Positions 7,831-16,730 of a DNA stretch of 32,000 nucleotides are shown here, in pieces; position 1 is the first letter of the stretch; every line of letters begins with the position of its first letter. Origin of the DNA: Desulfocapsa sulfexigens DSM 10523. GTDB taxonomy: Bacteria; Desulfobacterota; Desulfobulbia; Desulfobulbales; Desulfocapsaceae. The stretch lies in assembly GCF_000341395.1 (NCBI RefSeq), contig NC_020304.1:2040001-2072000 (forward strand). The letters run 5' to 3'. The notes under the pieces were generated by a model that saw nothing but the letters and a program-made list of their open reading frames with translations, made no database searches and was not told the origin of the DNA. The translations under genes were made by a program, and so were the position numbers.

Positions 7831-7854
7831 AACGGGGGACTTTTTACGAGCGTA

Positions 7855-8496
7855 TCACTTTTGTCTGGTCGTAGCTATTTTTGCCTTCTTGCTCGTCTTT
7901 ATGGACGGTATGATACGCAGTAACAAGTTGTCAGGTTGTAGTCGCATTTCTTCGATATTCATGGAAATGGAAAGGAATTTGCTTCCGGTATTTGTAACAA
8001 TAGGTTTGAGTCTGTCGATTTGAATCGGGAATTCCCGGTTGTTAAAAAGGAGAACAATGGCGGACGCAACATCGGTTTTGTTCTGACTTGAAGCTTGGAG
8101 ATCGGTTATGACGGGTTTGAGGAAAAGCGTCTGGCTCGGAGCGTGATAGCGAATGGTTGCGTCGCATTGAAAGCGCATGTCGAGCGCACCTATTTTCATG
8201 CGAAGATCATGTCCTCCAATGGATGTGACAATGTGCAGATCATGACCGACGATGCTTATGCGGCTGGAAAGTGTATCTTTCCGGAACTGCAGGTTCTCAA
8301 TTTTCTGTATAAATACCGATCCAACAAGGGCTGTGGAGTTTATGTCGACAGGTACTGGCAGACTTTTGGCTACTGCCTCTGAAACGACACTGACCGGGAC
8401 GTGCATGGTGATGGGGGCTTGTCTGGAGGCTGCAGAAGAGAGCGTGCCAGTCAGGAGAATAAAAAGAATGGCGGTGAAGAAAATTTTATTGTTCAT
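7855..8496 (-). CDS. Secreted protein of unknown function
   Basis: Start moved to the ATG at 8496 (MNNKIFFTAILFILLTGTLSSAAS, a signal peptide). It overlaps the stop of the upstream gene by 11 nt, consistent with translational coupling. The longer ORF-track version would overlap that gene extensively. Confidence 0.6.
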   Translation of the reverse strand: MNNKIFFTAILFILLTGTLSSAASRQAPITMHVPVSVVSEAVAKSLPVPVDINSTALVGSVFIQKIENLQFRKDTLSSRISIVGHDLHIVTSIGGHDLRMKIGALDMRFQCDATIRYHAPSQTLFLKPVITDLQASSQNKTDVASAIVLLFNNREFPIQIDRLKPIVTNTGSKFLSISMNIEEMRLQPDNLLLRIIPSIKTSKKAKIATTRQK

Positions 8497-9391
8497 TGGA
8501 AGATCCTGTGTGAATGGTTGCTGTGTTTTTGCGGATAAGTGACTGTAACCAGAGAAGAAGTGAGAGCAGAAGGCCCACGTAGGATGCAAAGCTTCGTGGA
8601 AAGTTGTGGATATGATACTCCTGTAATTCGAGGGTTTTTGGGTCTGTGAAACGGCCACGAATCGAAATAGTTCCGGAATGTATCACTGGCAGGTTTGTGA
8701 CCCTGAGTTCTTTGTCGATATAGCATTCCAGGAATCGGGTGTCGGGATTAACTCTGGCTCGATCAATTTCCACATATTTTCCCGTTCGGGTCTGTTTGTT
8801 GTTCAGGGTGTTGCTGTAATGGACATCTGCGTTGTAGGCAGAGGTTGTCAGCAGTATCGGACTGGCGAAATATAGTAAAATCAATGTTACGGCCAGCAGT
8901 GCTTTTGTTATGCCCGGCTTTTCGAGCAGCAGGTCATCGTTGATAGCCTTGGGCCAGAGAAAAAGAAGGACCAGGAGGCCTGCGCCACTGAAAATATAAT
9001 TGGAAAAGTGCTCGGGCCAGAAGAGGTCAAAGTTGGTGCTATACCAGGAGAATGGGACCAGTAGGTTCGCTCCATTCCCCCATTTGTTTTGAGTCGCATC
9101 AATGAGCAGATGTAACAGACTGTTCCCGGCCAGGATCAGGAAAACCTGTCTACTGTTACGGGTCAACATGGAAAGAGCCAGGGCAAGTAGCAGGCAGTAG
9201 GCAAGACTCGCCTGGGTGACTGAGTAGAGACGCAGGGCCAGAGGATCTGTGAACGGAGTGAGAATGCGCTGGACAATCCAGGGAAGGTCAGGAATAATGC
9301 AGCCTAGGATGATCCACTGCAGAGGGGATTTCTTGAGCCCAAGTCGGGTCAATGGTGTTTGTATTCCGATATGAACCAGAGTATTGGGCAT
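8486..9391 (-). CDS. Polytopic membrane protein, DUF457 / YdjM-like putative metal-dependent hydrolase with a C-terminal extra domain
   Basis: From the ATG at 9391: MPNTLVHIGIQ..., several hydrophobic helices, and NSLLHLLIDATQNKWGNG, which resembles the SHLLxDxxT..G motif of the DUF457 family. The start (9391 vs 9481) is uncertain. Confidence 0.5.
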   Translation of the reverse strand: MPNTLVHIGIQTPLTRLGLKKSPLQWIILGCIIPDLPWIVQRILTPFTDPLALRLYSVTQASLAYCLLLALALSMLTRNSRQVFLILAGNSLLHLLIDATQNKWGNGANLLVPFSWYSTNFDLFWPEHFSNYIFSGAGLLVLLFLWPKAINDDLLLEKPGITKALLAVTLILLYFASPILLTTSAYNADVHYSNTLNNKQTRTGKYVEIDRARVNPDTRFLECYIDKELRVTNLPVIHSGTISIRGRFTDPKTLELQEYHIHNFPRSFASYVGLLLSLLLWLQSLIRKNTATIHTGSSNEQ

Positions 9392-9496
9392 GCGGGAAAT
9401 TTCTTTTTTTAAAGATATAAAGAGTAACCTTCGTGCTGACTGTTCCTGAGTAGCAATGCCACAGACCTCCCAGATAATCAATTGAAAAGTGTAGCC

Positions 9497-10846
9497 ATGC
9501 CATCTCTCACCGTTGCTGCCGACTGTCTTTTGGAAAATATCTCATTTTCCCTGGAAAAGGCTGTTAAGGAACAACTGAGCATAGATAATCCCAAGTATAT
9601 AGCAGCGAAAAAATATGGTCGCTGGATTGGGAAAAAGCTTGAGCCCACATTGAAGTATTATGAGCCTGTGCAAAATGGGTTGCGCTTCCCTCGGGGATTT
9701 GCCAACCAGGCCGTACTGTTGTGCCGTGAATTTATGCAGGAAACGCCGGAGATTCACGATAAACGCCTGTTGCTGCCTGAAGAAAACTTTTTTTTTAAGG
9801 GGGTTTTACGGCCCTATCAACAGGCTGCAATAGTTGCCGCTGAACGGCGGTCCTTTGGGGTTCTCGAAGCTGGGACGGGCAGTGGAAAAACGGTTATGGC
9901 CCTTGCTATTATGGCTGCTCGCAGACAGCCAACTCTGATTGTTGTTCACACCAAGGAGTTACTGTACCAGTGGCAGGAGCGTGTTAAGGATTTCTTGGAT
10001 TATGCGCCGGGATTGATTGGAGATGGGCATTTTGATGTGCGTCCCATAACGGTGGCCATTGTCAATACTGCCAGAAAAAGGGTTGGGGAGCTGGCGCCAC
10101 ACTTCGGCCATCTGGTGGTTGACGAGTGTCACCGTGTCCCTGCGGCTCTCTTTACAGATGTTGTGAGTAATTTCCCCGGCCATTATCTTCTTGGGCTTTC
10201 AGCCACAGCATTTCGTAGTGATGAAGGCTTAACGAAGCTGATTAATTTTTATATGGGAGACCGGTTTCATAAAGTTGATCAGGGAGAGCTTCAGGCGACA
10301 GGGGCTATCGTAAAACCTGAGTTGATCCGCTGCCAGACAGCTTTTCAGTATCATTATCAGGGAGAGTATCAGCCTTTAATTGCGGCGCTCGTTAAAGATG
10401 AGGCACGCAACCAGCAGATTATTGCTGATGTTCTCCGTGAGAGCAGACAGCACGATAACGGGATTCAGCTGCTGGTTTCTGATCGAGTTAGTCATTGCCA
10501 GGTCTTTGAAAAGGAGCTCAGCTCGTTGGGGGTTGATGTGGTACTGCTTACGGGACAGACATCCTCCGATCAGCGTGCGTCCATAGTGGAATCAGTGCAG
10601 TCCGGGAAGGTGCAGGTCCTGGTGGCTACTCTGCAACTGATCGGTGAAGGTTTTGATTGTCCGGGATTGAGTAATCTGTTTCTTACCACTCCCATCACTT
10701 TTGAGGGGCGTCTTCTTCAGGTGTTGGGCCGGATTATGCGCCCTGCTGAAGGGAAGAAGCCAAAGGTCTATGATTATGTTGACGAAGCTGTTTCTGTGCT
10801 GAGGCGTTCTGCTGAAGGGCGAAAAAAAATCCTCGATTTGTTCTGA
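9497..10846 (+). CDS. Superfamily-2 DEAD/DEAH-box helicase (ResIII/XPB-like)
   Basis: Motif I EAGTGSGKT, motif II VDECH, motif III SAT, motif VI QVLGRIMRP. The ATG at 9497 is preferred over the TTG at 9482. Confidence 0.8.
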   Translation: MPSLTVAADCLLENISFSLEKAVKEQLSIDNPKYIAAKKYGRWIGKKLEPTLKYYEPVQNGLRFPRGFANQAVLLCREFMQETPEIHDKRLLLPEENFFFKGVLRPYQQAAIVAAERRSFGVLEAGTGSGKTVMALAIMAARRQPTLIVVHTKELLYQWQERVKDFLDYAPGLIGDGHFDVRPITVAIVNTARKRVGELAPHFGHLVVDECHRVPAALFTDVVSNFPGHYLLGLSATAFRSDEGLTKLINFYMGDRFHKVDQGELQATGAIVKPELIRCQTAFQYHYQGEYQPLIAALVKDEARNQQIIADVLRESRQHDNGIQLLVSDRVSHCQVFEKELSSLGVDVVLLTGQTSSDQRASIVESVQSGKVQVLVATLQLIGEGFDCPGLSNLFLTTPITFEGRLLQVLGRIMRPAEGKKPKVYDYVDEAVSVLRRSAEGRKKILDLF

Positions 10847-10856
10847 TTTAATATCC

Positions 10857-10885
10857 TTGCTAATATCTTGATGTTTTGTTAATCT
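10857..10885 (+). promoter_or_regulatory. Candidate sigma70 promoter for typA
   Basis: TTGCTA (10857-10862), a 17-nt spacer, then TAATCT (10880-10885). Confidence 0.4.
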
Positions 10886-10915
10886 GCTGAGTTCTCCGAA
10901 TTTAGGAACATTTAA

Positions 10916-10945
10916 AGCATCCGCATATGGCTGGGTGCTTTTTTC
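10916..10945 (+). terminator. Terminator-like hairpin plus U-tract (ends the helicase transcript and/or acts as a typA leader attenuator)
   Basis: AGCATCC (10916-10922) pairs with GGGTGCT (10933-10939), including one G-U pair, with a 10-nt loop and then T6. It ends only 17 nt before the typA ATG. Confidence 0.45.
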
Positions 10946-10962
10946 ATTTTAAGAGGCACTAG

Positions 10963-12762
10963 ATGGAACAGGATAAGATTCGAAACGTTGCAATTATCGC
11001 TCATGTTGACCATGGCAAAACAACTCTTGTTGATGAGTTATTTAAGCATTCCGGTATGTTCAGGGATAATGAGAAGGTCACCGAACGGTTGATGGATTCA
11101 GGTGATCTGGAGCGGGAACGTGGAATTACCATCACTGCTAAAAATGGATCCTACGAGTACCAGGATTACTGGATTAATATAATTGATACGCCCGGGCATG
11201 CCGACTTCGGAGGGCAGGTGGAGCGCGTGCTGCGCATGGCCGATGGTGCACTACTTCTCGTAGATGCTCAGGAAGGTCCCATGCCTCAGACCTATTTTGT
11301 TCTCAAAAAGGCTTTGGAAAATCATTTGCCGGTAATTGTTGTTATTAACAAAATTGATAAGCCTGCTGCCCGGTGCGAATGGGTTGTGGATCAGGTCTTT
11401 GACCTTTTTGTTAAACTGAATGCCCCCGATGATGTTCTTGATTTTCCGGTTGTTTACGCCTCTGCCAAGGAGGGGTATGCCATAAAAGACCATACTGATC
11501 CCGTGGAGAATGGTGGAAACATGGATATTATTTCCCAGATGATTGTTGACCATACTCCGGCGCCCTCAGGATCACCCGATGCTCCATTGCAGATGCAGGT
11601 AGGAACCATCGACTATTCACCGTATCTTGGGCGTCTTGGAATCGGCAAGGTGGTGAATGGAACCCTTTCCATCAATCAACCTGTTGTGGTTGCCCGTCGC
11701 GACGGTTCGATTAAGCCAGTGCGGATTTCCAAGATCTATCGTTTTTCCTCTGATGAAAAGATCTCCACGGAAACAGCCACTACCGGTGAGATAGTAGCTG
11801 TTGCCGGAATGGATGATGTGACCGTCGGTGTTACCTTCACTGACCCGGATGATCCACGCCCATTACCATTAATTGATATTGATCCACCCACCATTTCGAT
11901 GAACTTTATTCCTAATGATTCGCCTTTTGCCGGGAAAGAAGGAAAGTTTGTCACTTCCCGTCATATTGAGGAACGTTTGAAGCGTGAGACACTTGCCGAT
12001 GTGGCCCTGCAGTATGAAGCACTTACCGATGCCGTGGGCTTCAGGGTTTCCGGGCGTGGTGAATTGCATCTTTCCATTCTTATCGAGAAGATGAGACGCG
12101 AAGATTACGAACTGCAGGTGACCCGTCCTCGAGTGATTTTGATTGAAAAAGATGGTAAGACTCTTGAACCATACGAAGAGCTCACCGTTGATGTGGATGA
12201 ACAGTATCAAGGGCCGGTTATTGAGAAACTTGGCAAACTGAAAGGTCAAATGGAAGAGATGACCACTAGCAATGGTATGGCTCGGTTGAAGTTTAAGATC
12301 CCAACCCGTGGCCTGCTTGGGTATCGTTCACAGTTTATGACCGATACCAAGGGAATGGGGATGATGAGTTATGTCTTCGCAGAGTATGGGCCCTGGGCCG
12401 GAGACATTACGAATCGAGTTAGCGGTGTTCTGGTTGTCAAGGAGCCCTGCACTTCTGTTGCCTATGCCCTGTTTAACCTTCAGGACCGTGGAAAACTCTT
12501 TGTTGGAGCTGGGTTTCCAATGTATCAAGGACAGATTATAGGTGAACATTGTCGGAGTTCTGATCTGGTTGTGAATCCTGCAAAGGGAAAGAAGCTCACT
12601 AATATGCGCGCCTCGGGATCTGATGAGTCAGTGGTTTTGACACCTCCTGTGGACATGACTCTTGAAGATTGTATTGCCTATATTAACGATGATGAGCTGG
12701 TTGAGGTCACGCCTAAGTCGATTCGTCTTCGTAAGAAAAGTGGTGTTCGGATCAAAGGGTAA
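10963..12762 (+). CDS. typA: Translational GTPase TypA/BipA
   Basis: [33 protein letters not shown]-like G motifs and NKID. The ~600-aa length and C-terminal region are typical of BipA. AAGAGG lies 7 nt upstream of the start. Confidence 0.95.
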   Translation: MEQDKIRNVAIIAHVDHGKTTLVDELFKHSGMFRDNEKVTERLMDSGDLERERGITITAKNGSYEYQDYWINIIDTPGHADFGGQVERVLRMADGALLLVDAQEGPMPQTYFVLKKALENHLPVIVVINKIDKPAARCEWVVDQVFDLFVKLNAPDDVLDFPVVYASAKEGYAIKDHTDPVENGGNMDIISQMIVDHTPAPSGSPDAPLQMQVGTIDYSPYLGRLGIGKVVNGTLSINQPVVVARRDGSIKPVRISKIYRFSSDEKISTETATTGEIVAVAGMDDVTVGVTFTDPDDPRPLPLIDIDPPTISMNFIPNDSPFAGKEGKFVTSRHIEERLKRETLADVALQYEALTDAVGFRVSGRGELHLSILIEKMRREDYELQVTRPRVILIEKDGKTLEPYEELTVDVDEQYQGPVIEKLGKLKGQMEEMTTSNGMARLKFKIPTRGLLGYRSQFMTDTKGMGMMSYVFAEYGPWAGDITNRVSGVLVVKEPCTSVAYALFNLQDRGKLFVGAGFPMYQGQIIGEHCRSSDLVVNPAKGKKLTNMRASGSDESVVLTPPVDMTLEDCIAYINDDELVEVTPKSIRLRKKSGVRIKG

Positions 12763-12968
12763 AACAGAAGTATGAGCGATCTGATTTTTTTTATTATTGC
12801 AGGGGTGGCCGCTGTTGCCACCTTTGCGATTATAGCAAAAAAATATGGGAGTGACTGTATACCCTGACTTATGCTGTATAGCTCTGCAGGTGCAGGGCTG
12901 GGGGTGTTCTTCCTGTTGAAATGGATTTTTGGGTAGGGGAAAGCGACCCGGCACTACGTATTTTCTTA

Positions 12969-13146
12969 CCTGATTACCATCGAAACTCAGCTTTGCAACC
13001 CGGAGTTGTTTCGTGTCGATTATATGGGACGCCATAAACTCATCCCTGGGGGCTCTGCTGCGGCCGTCCAGGCCGCAGATGCCCATATAATCAATACGAA
13101 ACAACTCCTCCTCAGGCGGGTAGGCTGAGGATTAGTGGTAATCAGA
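12969..13146 (+). repeat. Structured MITE-like intergenic repeat, copy B
   Basis: Same element and orientation as 7606-7783. The terminal inverted repeat is perfect for 10 bp and the 11th position is mismatched. The 8-bp flanks TTTTCTTA / TTCTCCTA match at 6 of 8. It ends 13 nt before the stop of the convergent NUDIX gene. Confidence 0.85.
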
Positions 13147-13158
13147 TTCTCCTATTAC

Positions 13159-13596
13159 TTACCCTGCTGATAGCTGTTTTTTTGTAGCAAAATAATCGGC
13201 TATGATTTTGCCGTGATCAAATACTAGTTCCGGTAAATCACTTTCCGTAAAGAGTTTCGCTTCTGCAGCATCATCTCCAGCTATAGGTGGTTTTTCGGCC
13301 TGGGCGATGAAGACTGTTGAGGCCGTGTGCTGACGCGGATCACGGTCCGGATCGGAATAGGTCCTGAATTGCTGTAAATTCTGTACTGCGAGCCCTGTCT
13401 CTTCCTTCGCCTCCCTGATAGCAGCTGCCTCATAGGATTCTCCATAATCAACAAAGCCTCCCGGTAAAGCCCATCCATGGGGTGGATTCTTGCGTTTGAT
13501 CAGTACTATGGTTCTATCAACTTCTATAATGATGTCAACTGTGGGAACCGGATTGCGATACAGCTGGAGTTTTTTCTGACAGTAGGGGCAGTGCAT
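13159..13596 (-). CDS. NUDIX hydrolase with N-terminal CxxC motif
   Basis: Nudix box [24 protein letters not shown]. Start moved to the ATG at 13596 (MHCPYCQKK...), which abuts the upstream stop (TAGCATG junction). Confidence 0.8.
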   Translation of the reverse strand: MHCPYCQKKLQLYRNPVPTVDIIIEVDRTIVLIKRKNPPHGWALPGGFVDYGESYEAAAIREAKEETGLAVQNLQQFRTYSDPDRDPRQHTASTVFIAQAEKPPIAGDDAAEAKLFTESDLPELVFDHGKIIADYFATKKQLSAG

Positions 13597-13597
13597 G

Positions 13598-14182
13598 CTA
13601 TGACATATCCCGTTTATGCAATAATTCGCTGATTTCCTGCCAGTTACTGACGCTTTGAAGGTGGTGTTTGTCATGGTTCCATGGCTGTTTGTACACAATG
13701 GGAATGATATCTGTCTCGGCCAATTGAAGGCATGTTTCAACCCGATCATCGATGAAATAATTAAGGTCGTGCTCCTTTATATAACGTGCCTTGTCGTCAT
13801 GATCACCCATTGCCACAAGCTTAATCTTTTTGCATGTCTCAGCGGGGAAGAAGTGGTCAAGCCAATCGGCAACAGGTTGTTCAAGTGGTCTTGCTGTGAT
13901 GATGGTTACGGGAGACTGCTCTGCCATGGTGGTGATAACCTCTACTGCTCCAGGATTTGGTTTGAGTCCGGTGCCGAGTGAGTCTTTGAGGATGGCATGA
14001 AAAATTTTTTCGACCCTGTCGGTTGGAATGCTGAGACATTCTTCAACCTGGAAACTGGTAATATCTTCCAGGCGAAAAGAGCAGTAGTTATATTCTTCAC
14101 AGGCGAGACGGATAAAGGCTTCGCCAGTATCTGCAATTACGCCATCCAGATCGAATCCTATTTCATAGCTGTTGATGTTCAT
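13598..14182 (-). CDS. HAD-superfamily 5'(3')-deoxyribonucleotidase-like protein (NT5C family)
   Basis: N-terminal [11 protein letters not shown] (DxDGV nucleophile motif) and C-terminal YFIDDR...PIVYKQPWN, typical of NT5C-like HAD proteins. Confidence 0.65.
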   Translation of the reverse strand: MNINSYEIGFDLDGVIADTGEAFIRLACEEYNYCSFRLEDITSFQVEECLSIPTDRVEKIFHAILKDSLGTGLKPNPGAVEVITTMAEQSPVTIITARPLEQPVADWLDHFFPAETCKKIKLVAMGDHDDKARYIKEHDLNYFIDDRVETCLQLAETDIIPIVYKQPWNHDKHHLQSVSNWQEISELLHKRDMS

Positions 14183-15110
14183 TGTATGTACCTTCTATGT
14201 CTCTTATCTGAGAGGCTATTGAATCATTCAATGGGGTCGCGATGTTGTAATTTCTGCCCAGTTGGCTGATTGCACCATTTATGGCATCAATTTCAGTGGG
14301 GCGGTGGTTACGAACATCCTGGAGCATGGAGGAGACATTTTCAGCTGTGTGTTTGCACACTGTGAGGGTCGCCGCAACAGGATCTTCCTGGATGCTGATT
14401 CCAGAAGCGATGGCCACTTGCTCGGCCTCTCCCACCAGTCCTTTGAGTTGTTGCAGTACTGGATCGGATGTGAGCAGTCTGCCGTTGGGTATATTATGAA
14501 TAGCGGTCAAGGCATTGATGCCTACGTTAATAAAAAGCTTGGCCCATATTCTGGATCTGATATCCTTCGAAACCGTACAGGAGATCCCTCCCTTCTTGAG
14601 GAGAGATTGTATCGCTGATAGTTTGTTACAGGTTGTTTGTTCCTGAGGGGAGAGAAAGCCCAGGAACGTCTGTCCGCTTCCAGCATGTCTGATATGCCCT
14701 GAAGCTATACGAGTAGCTCCTTCTGAACTTGTGGCAAGAACTGGAATACCCCGTGGAAGCCTGTTGCCATATTTGAGGTGATTGATGCCATTTTGGAGAA
14801 ATATAAGCAAAGTGGTCGGCGAAAGGAGCGGGGCAGCAAAGGTGATACTTCTATCCAGCTGGTATGATTTGACACAGGAAAAAAGTACATCAAGGGGGCC
14901 AACATCTGCGGGTTTACTGGATACAGGAATGGCAAGCTGTTGTTGACCAGTGGTGGCAGATTCAAAGGTGATGCCCTTACTGTTGAGACTGTCGGCCCTG
15001 GCATCCCTGTGGTCAATAAGCAGGATTCTGTCCCGCGTGTCCTTGGCGAGAAAGAGTTTGGAGGCGAAGAGGCAACCCAGGGCACCCGGGCCAATGATAC
15101 CAATCTTCAC
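14163..15110 (-). CDS. panE: 2-dehydropantoate 2-reductase (ketopantoate reductase)
   Basis: MKIGIIGPGALGCLFASKL Rossmann N-terminus and SSMLQDVRNHRPTEIDAINGAI near the C-terminus. It overlaps the next gene by 20 nt. Confidence 0.8.
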   Translation of the reverse strand: MKIGIIGPGALGCLFASKLFLAKDTRDRILLIDHRDARADSLNSKGITFESATTGQQQLAIPVSSKPADVGPLDVLFSCVKSYQLDRSITFAAPLLSPTTLLIFLQNGINHLKYGNRLPRGIPVLATSSEGATRIASGHIRHAGSGQTFLGFLSPQEQTTCNKLSAIQSLLKKGGISCTVSKDIRSRIWAKLFINVGINALTAIHNIPNGRLLTSDPVLQQLKGLVGEAEQVAIASGISIQEDPVAATLTVCKHTAENVSSMLQDVRNHRPTEIDAINGAISQLGRNYNIATPLNDSIASQIRDIEGTYNEHQQL

Positions 15111-15142
15111 CTCTTCTCTCCTTCTCGTAGCAGATGATTGTG

Positions 15143-15949
15143 TTATTTTACAGTCTTTGCTTCTTCAACAATTGCTACGTACTTGTATCCAGCACCAAAA
15201 TCTTTGTTGGCAGCAAGGACACCTTCAACTGTAATGACATCGTCAACTGCTACTTGCTCTGACGTTGTTATAACAAGGTCGTGGGTGTTGCTTGCAGGAT
15301 CGCCGGAGCCATCCTGAAGGTGAACCCAGTTGCGTCCCATAATCATGGGGCTGAACTTCACAACTTTTCCCTGGATGCGGATCGTTTTACCATCAAGGGC
15401 TTCAGTTTTTTCAAAAACTTCAATCACACTGTATGCATTCTCGCCAGTAGCTTTTTCGACTTTGATTTCACTAAAGGGAGCTATGGCGCCAAGGCTTCCA
15501 GCAGATCCAGCGGCCTGAGCCTGGGTTGCTGCTGGCATACCACCCTCTGCCTGAACTGCACTGGCAAAGGAATCTTCACCACCCTGAGGGGTTGCTTTTC
15601 CGTGGGGATTCTGCATTGTGCTGCCCATTCCACCACTACCGTGGGGAGATGCAGCACCAACAAGGCCGGCTGAAAAGACGATGGCGTCAAATGTACGGTT
15701 CAGAGTTTTGGAGGCAAAGTTATTCATGACCATACCGGGTTGGTAGGTGACCTCCTGGCCAACTGCCACCTGTGCTTCAGGGATTGCAACCCATGGCTGC
15801 TCAGCGCCGATATCCACTTTCATATAGGTGTAACCATTGGAATTCATCGTTTCCAGTACTTTTCCAGTAAGATTTTGAGAAGCACTGGCAAATGTGGCAA
15901 GGCTGATGAAAAGGCAGGCAATGAGTCCTTTTAAGAGTGTTTTCTTCAT
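15143..15949 (-). CDS. Periplasmic protein with two OB-fold-like domains joined by a Gly/His/Met-rich linker
   Basis: Start moved to the ATG at 15949, with AAGGA upstream (MKKTLLKGLIACLFISLATFASA, a signal peptide). Its function is not recognised. Confidence 0.6.
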   Translation of the reverse strand: MKKTLLKGLIACLFISLATFASASQNLTGKVLETMNSNGYTYMKVDIGAEQPWVAIPEAQVAVGQEVTYQPGMVMNNFASKTLNRTFDAIVFSAGLVGAASPHGSGGMGSTMQNPHGKATPQGGEDSFASAVQAEGGMPAATQAQAAGSAGSLGAIAPFSEIKVEKATGENAYSVIEVFEKTEALDGKTIRIQGKVVKFSPMIMGRNWVHLQDGSGDPASNTHDLVITTSEQVAVDDVITVEGVLAANKDFGAGYKYVAIVEEAKTVK

Positions 15950-16018
15950 GTCTTTTTCCTTTGTTTGTGGTGAAAAAATAAATGGTACTTTATGCACCTT
16001 TGTCTTTTGGGTTCTATT

Positions 16019-16540
16019 CTAGTCTTCAATTAAAAATGCAACAAATTCAAGTATGGATTTTGACCAAAGGTCGTATGCCTTTGGTGTTAAATGGATGCCA
16101 TCATCTCGAAAAAAATCAGAGTTTGCTTTAAATTTCGAAAACATATCAAGATAACAGGAACCGGTTAACTGGGTCATGGCATCAATTGATCCGTTAATTC
16201 GTTGCAGAGTATCCAGGGTGACCCAGGGGAGCTGGCAGGGGAGAAGGCTGTTGGTGATAACTTCTGCCGTTGGGAAGGCGGACGTCAGAAGAATCGTTAT
16301 CTGGCGTAGATGCTCCAGAAAACTGTAGTCTTCGATGATAAGATTGTTTGTCCCAATCATAACCAGAACTAACTCCGGGGGTTCGATTTCCCTGATAATT
16401 GATGGAATCCTGTGTCGCAGTCCCTGAGCGGTTTCGCCGGGCAGTCCATAGTTGAGGATGTTAAAATGGTGCATCCTCGTCTGCCAGTCAAAGTCTGCTA
16501 TGAGCGAATCGCCAAGAAAGAGAAAGTTACTTTGAGTCAT
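16019..16540 (-). CDS. SGNH/GDSL-family hydrolase
   Basis: Block I FLFLGDSLI at the N-terminus, a GTNN block and a DGIHLT block (catalytic D..H). Confidence 0.75.
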   Translation of the reverse strand: MTQSNFLFLGDSLIADFDWQTRMHHFNILNYGLPGETAQGLRHRIPSIIREIEPPELVLVMIGTNNLIIEDYSFLEHLRQITILLTSAFPTAEVITNSLLPCQLPWVTLDTLQRINGSIDAMTQLTGSCYLDMFSKFKANSDFFRDDGIHLTPKAYDLWSKSILEFVAFLIED

Positions 16541-16730
16541 TATAAAAAAATTCCCTAACGGGATTCATTACTGATTTGAATTATGCGTTTTTCACAGTGT
16601 GCTGAAGATAATAAGTATTACTCATTAGTCTGACAACCATACCACAATGAAAAACTACTGCCAACCTGAAGAAGTTGATTATATTGAGAACTGTTGCTTC
16701 GCTCAGTCAACGCTTTTGCGGGTAGGGGGA

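Noticed and set aside
7793-8023. 76-aa plus-strand ORF after repeat copy A
   Set aside because: It starts inside a GC-rich hairpin and runs antisense to the secreted-protein gene (7855-8496). It has no SD.
8497-8658. N-terminal extensions of ORF-track entries (7855-8658; also 13597-13749, 28527-28757, 15950-15997, 18795-18863, 6368-6445, 20020-20049, 26921-26941)
   Set aside because: Internal ATGs give proper signal peptides or family N-termini with SD sequences. The extensions overlap upstream genes, terminators or promoters.
12628-13104. 158-aa minus-strand ORF spanning the typA 3' end and repeat copy B
   Set aside because: It overlaps the typA 3' end in antisense and reads through the non-coding repeat. 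Part of it is simply the repeat translated, and the equivalent frame is not kept as an ORF in copy A.
16541-16575. Hairpin-like AATCCC-gtta-GGGAATT plus T7 on the minus strand just upstream of the SGNH hydrolase ATG, considered as a glgX terminator
   Set aside because: The stem is only 4 clean bp plus a mismatch. That is too weak to call.
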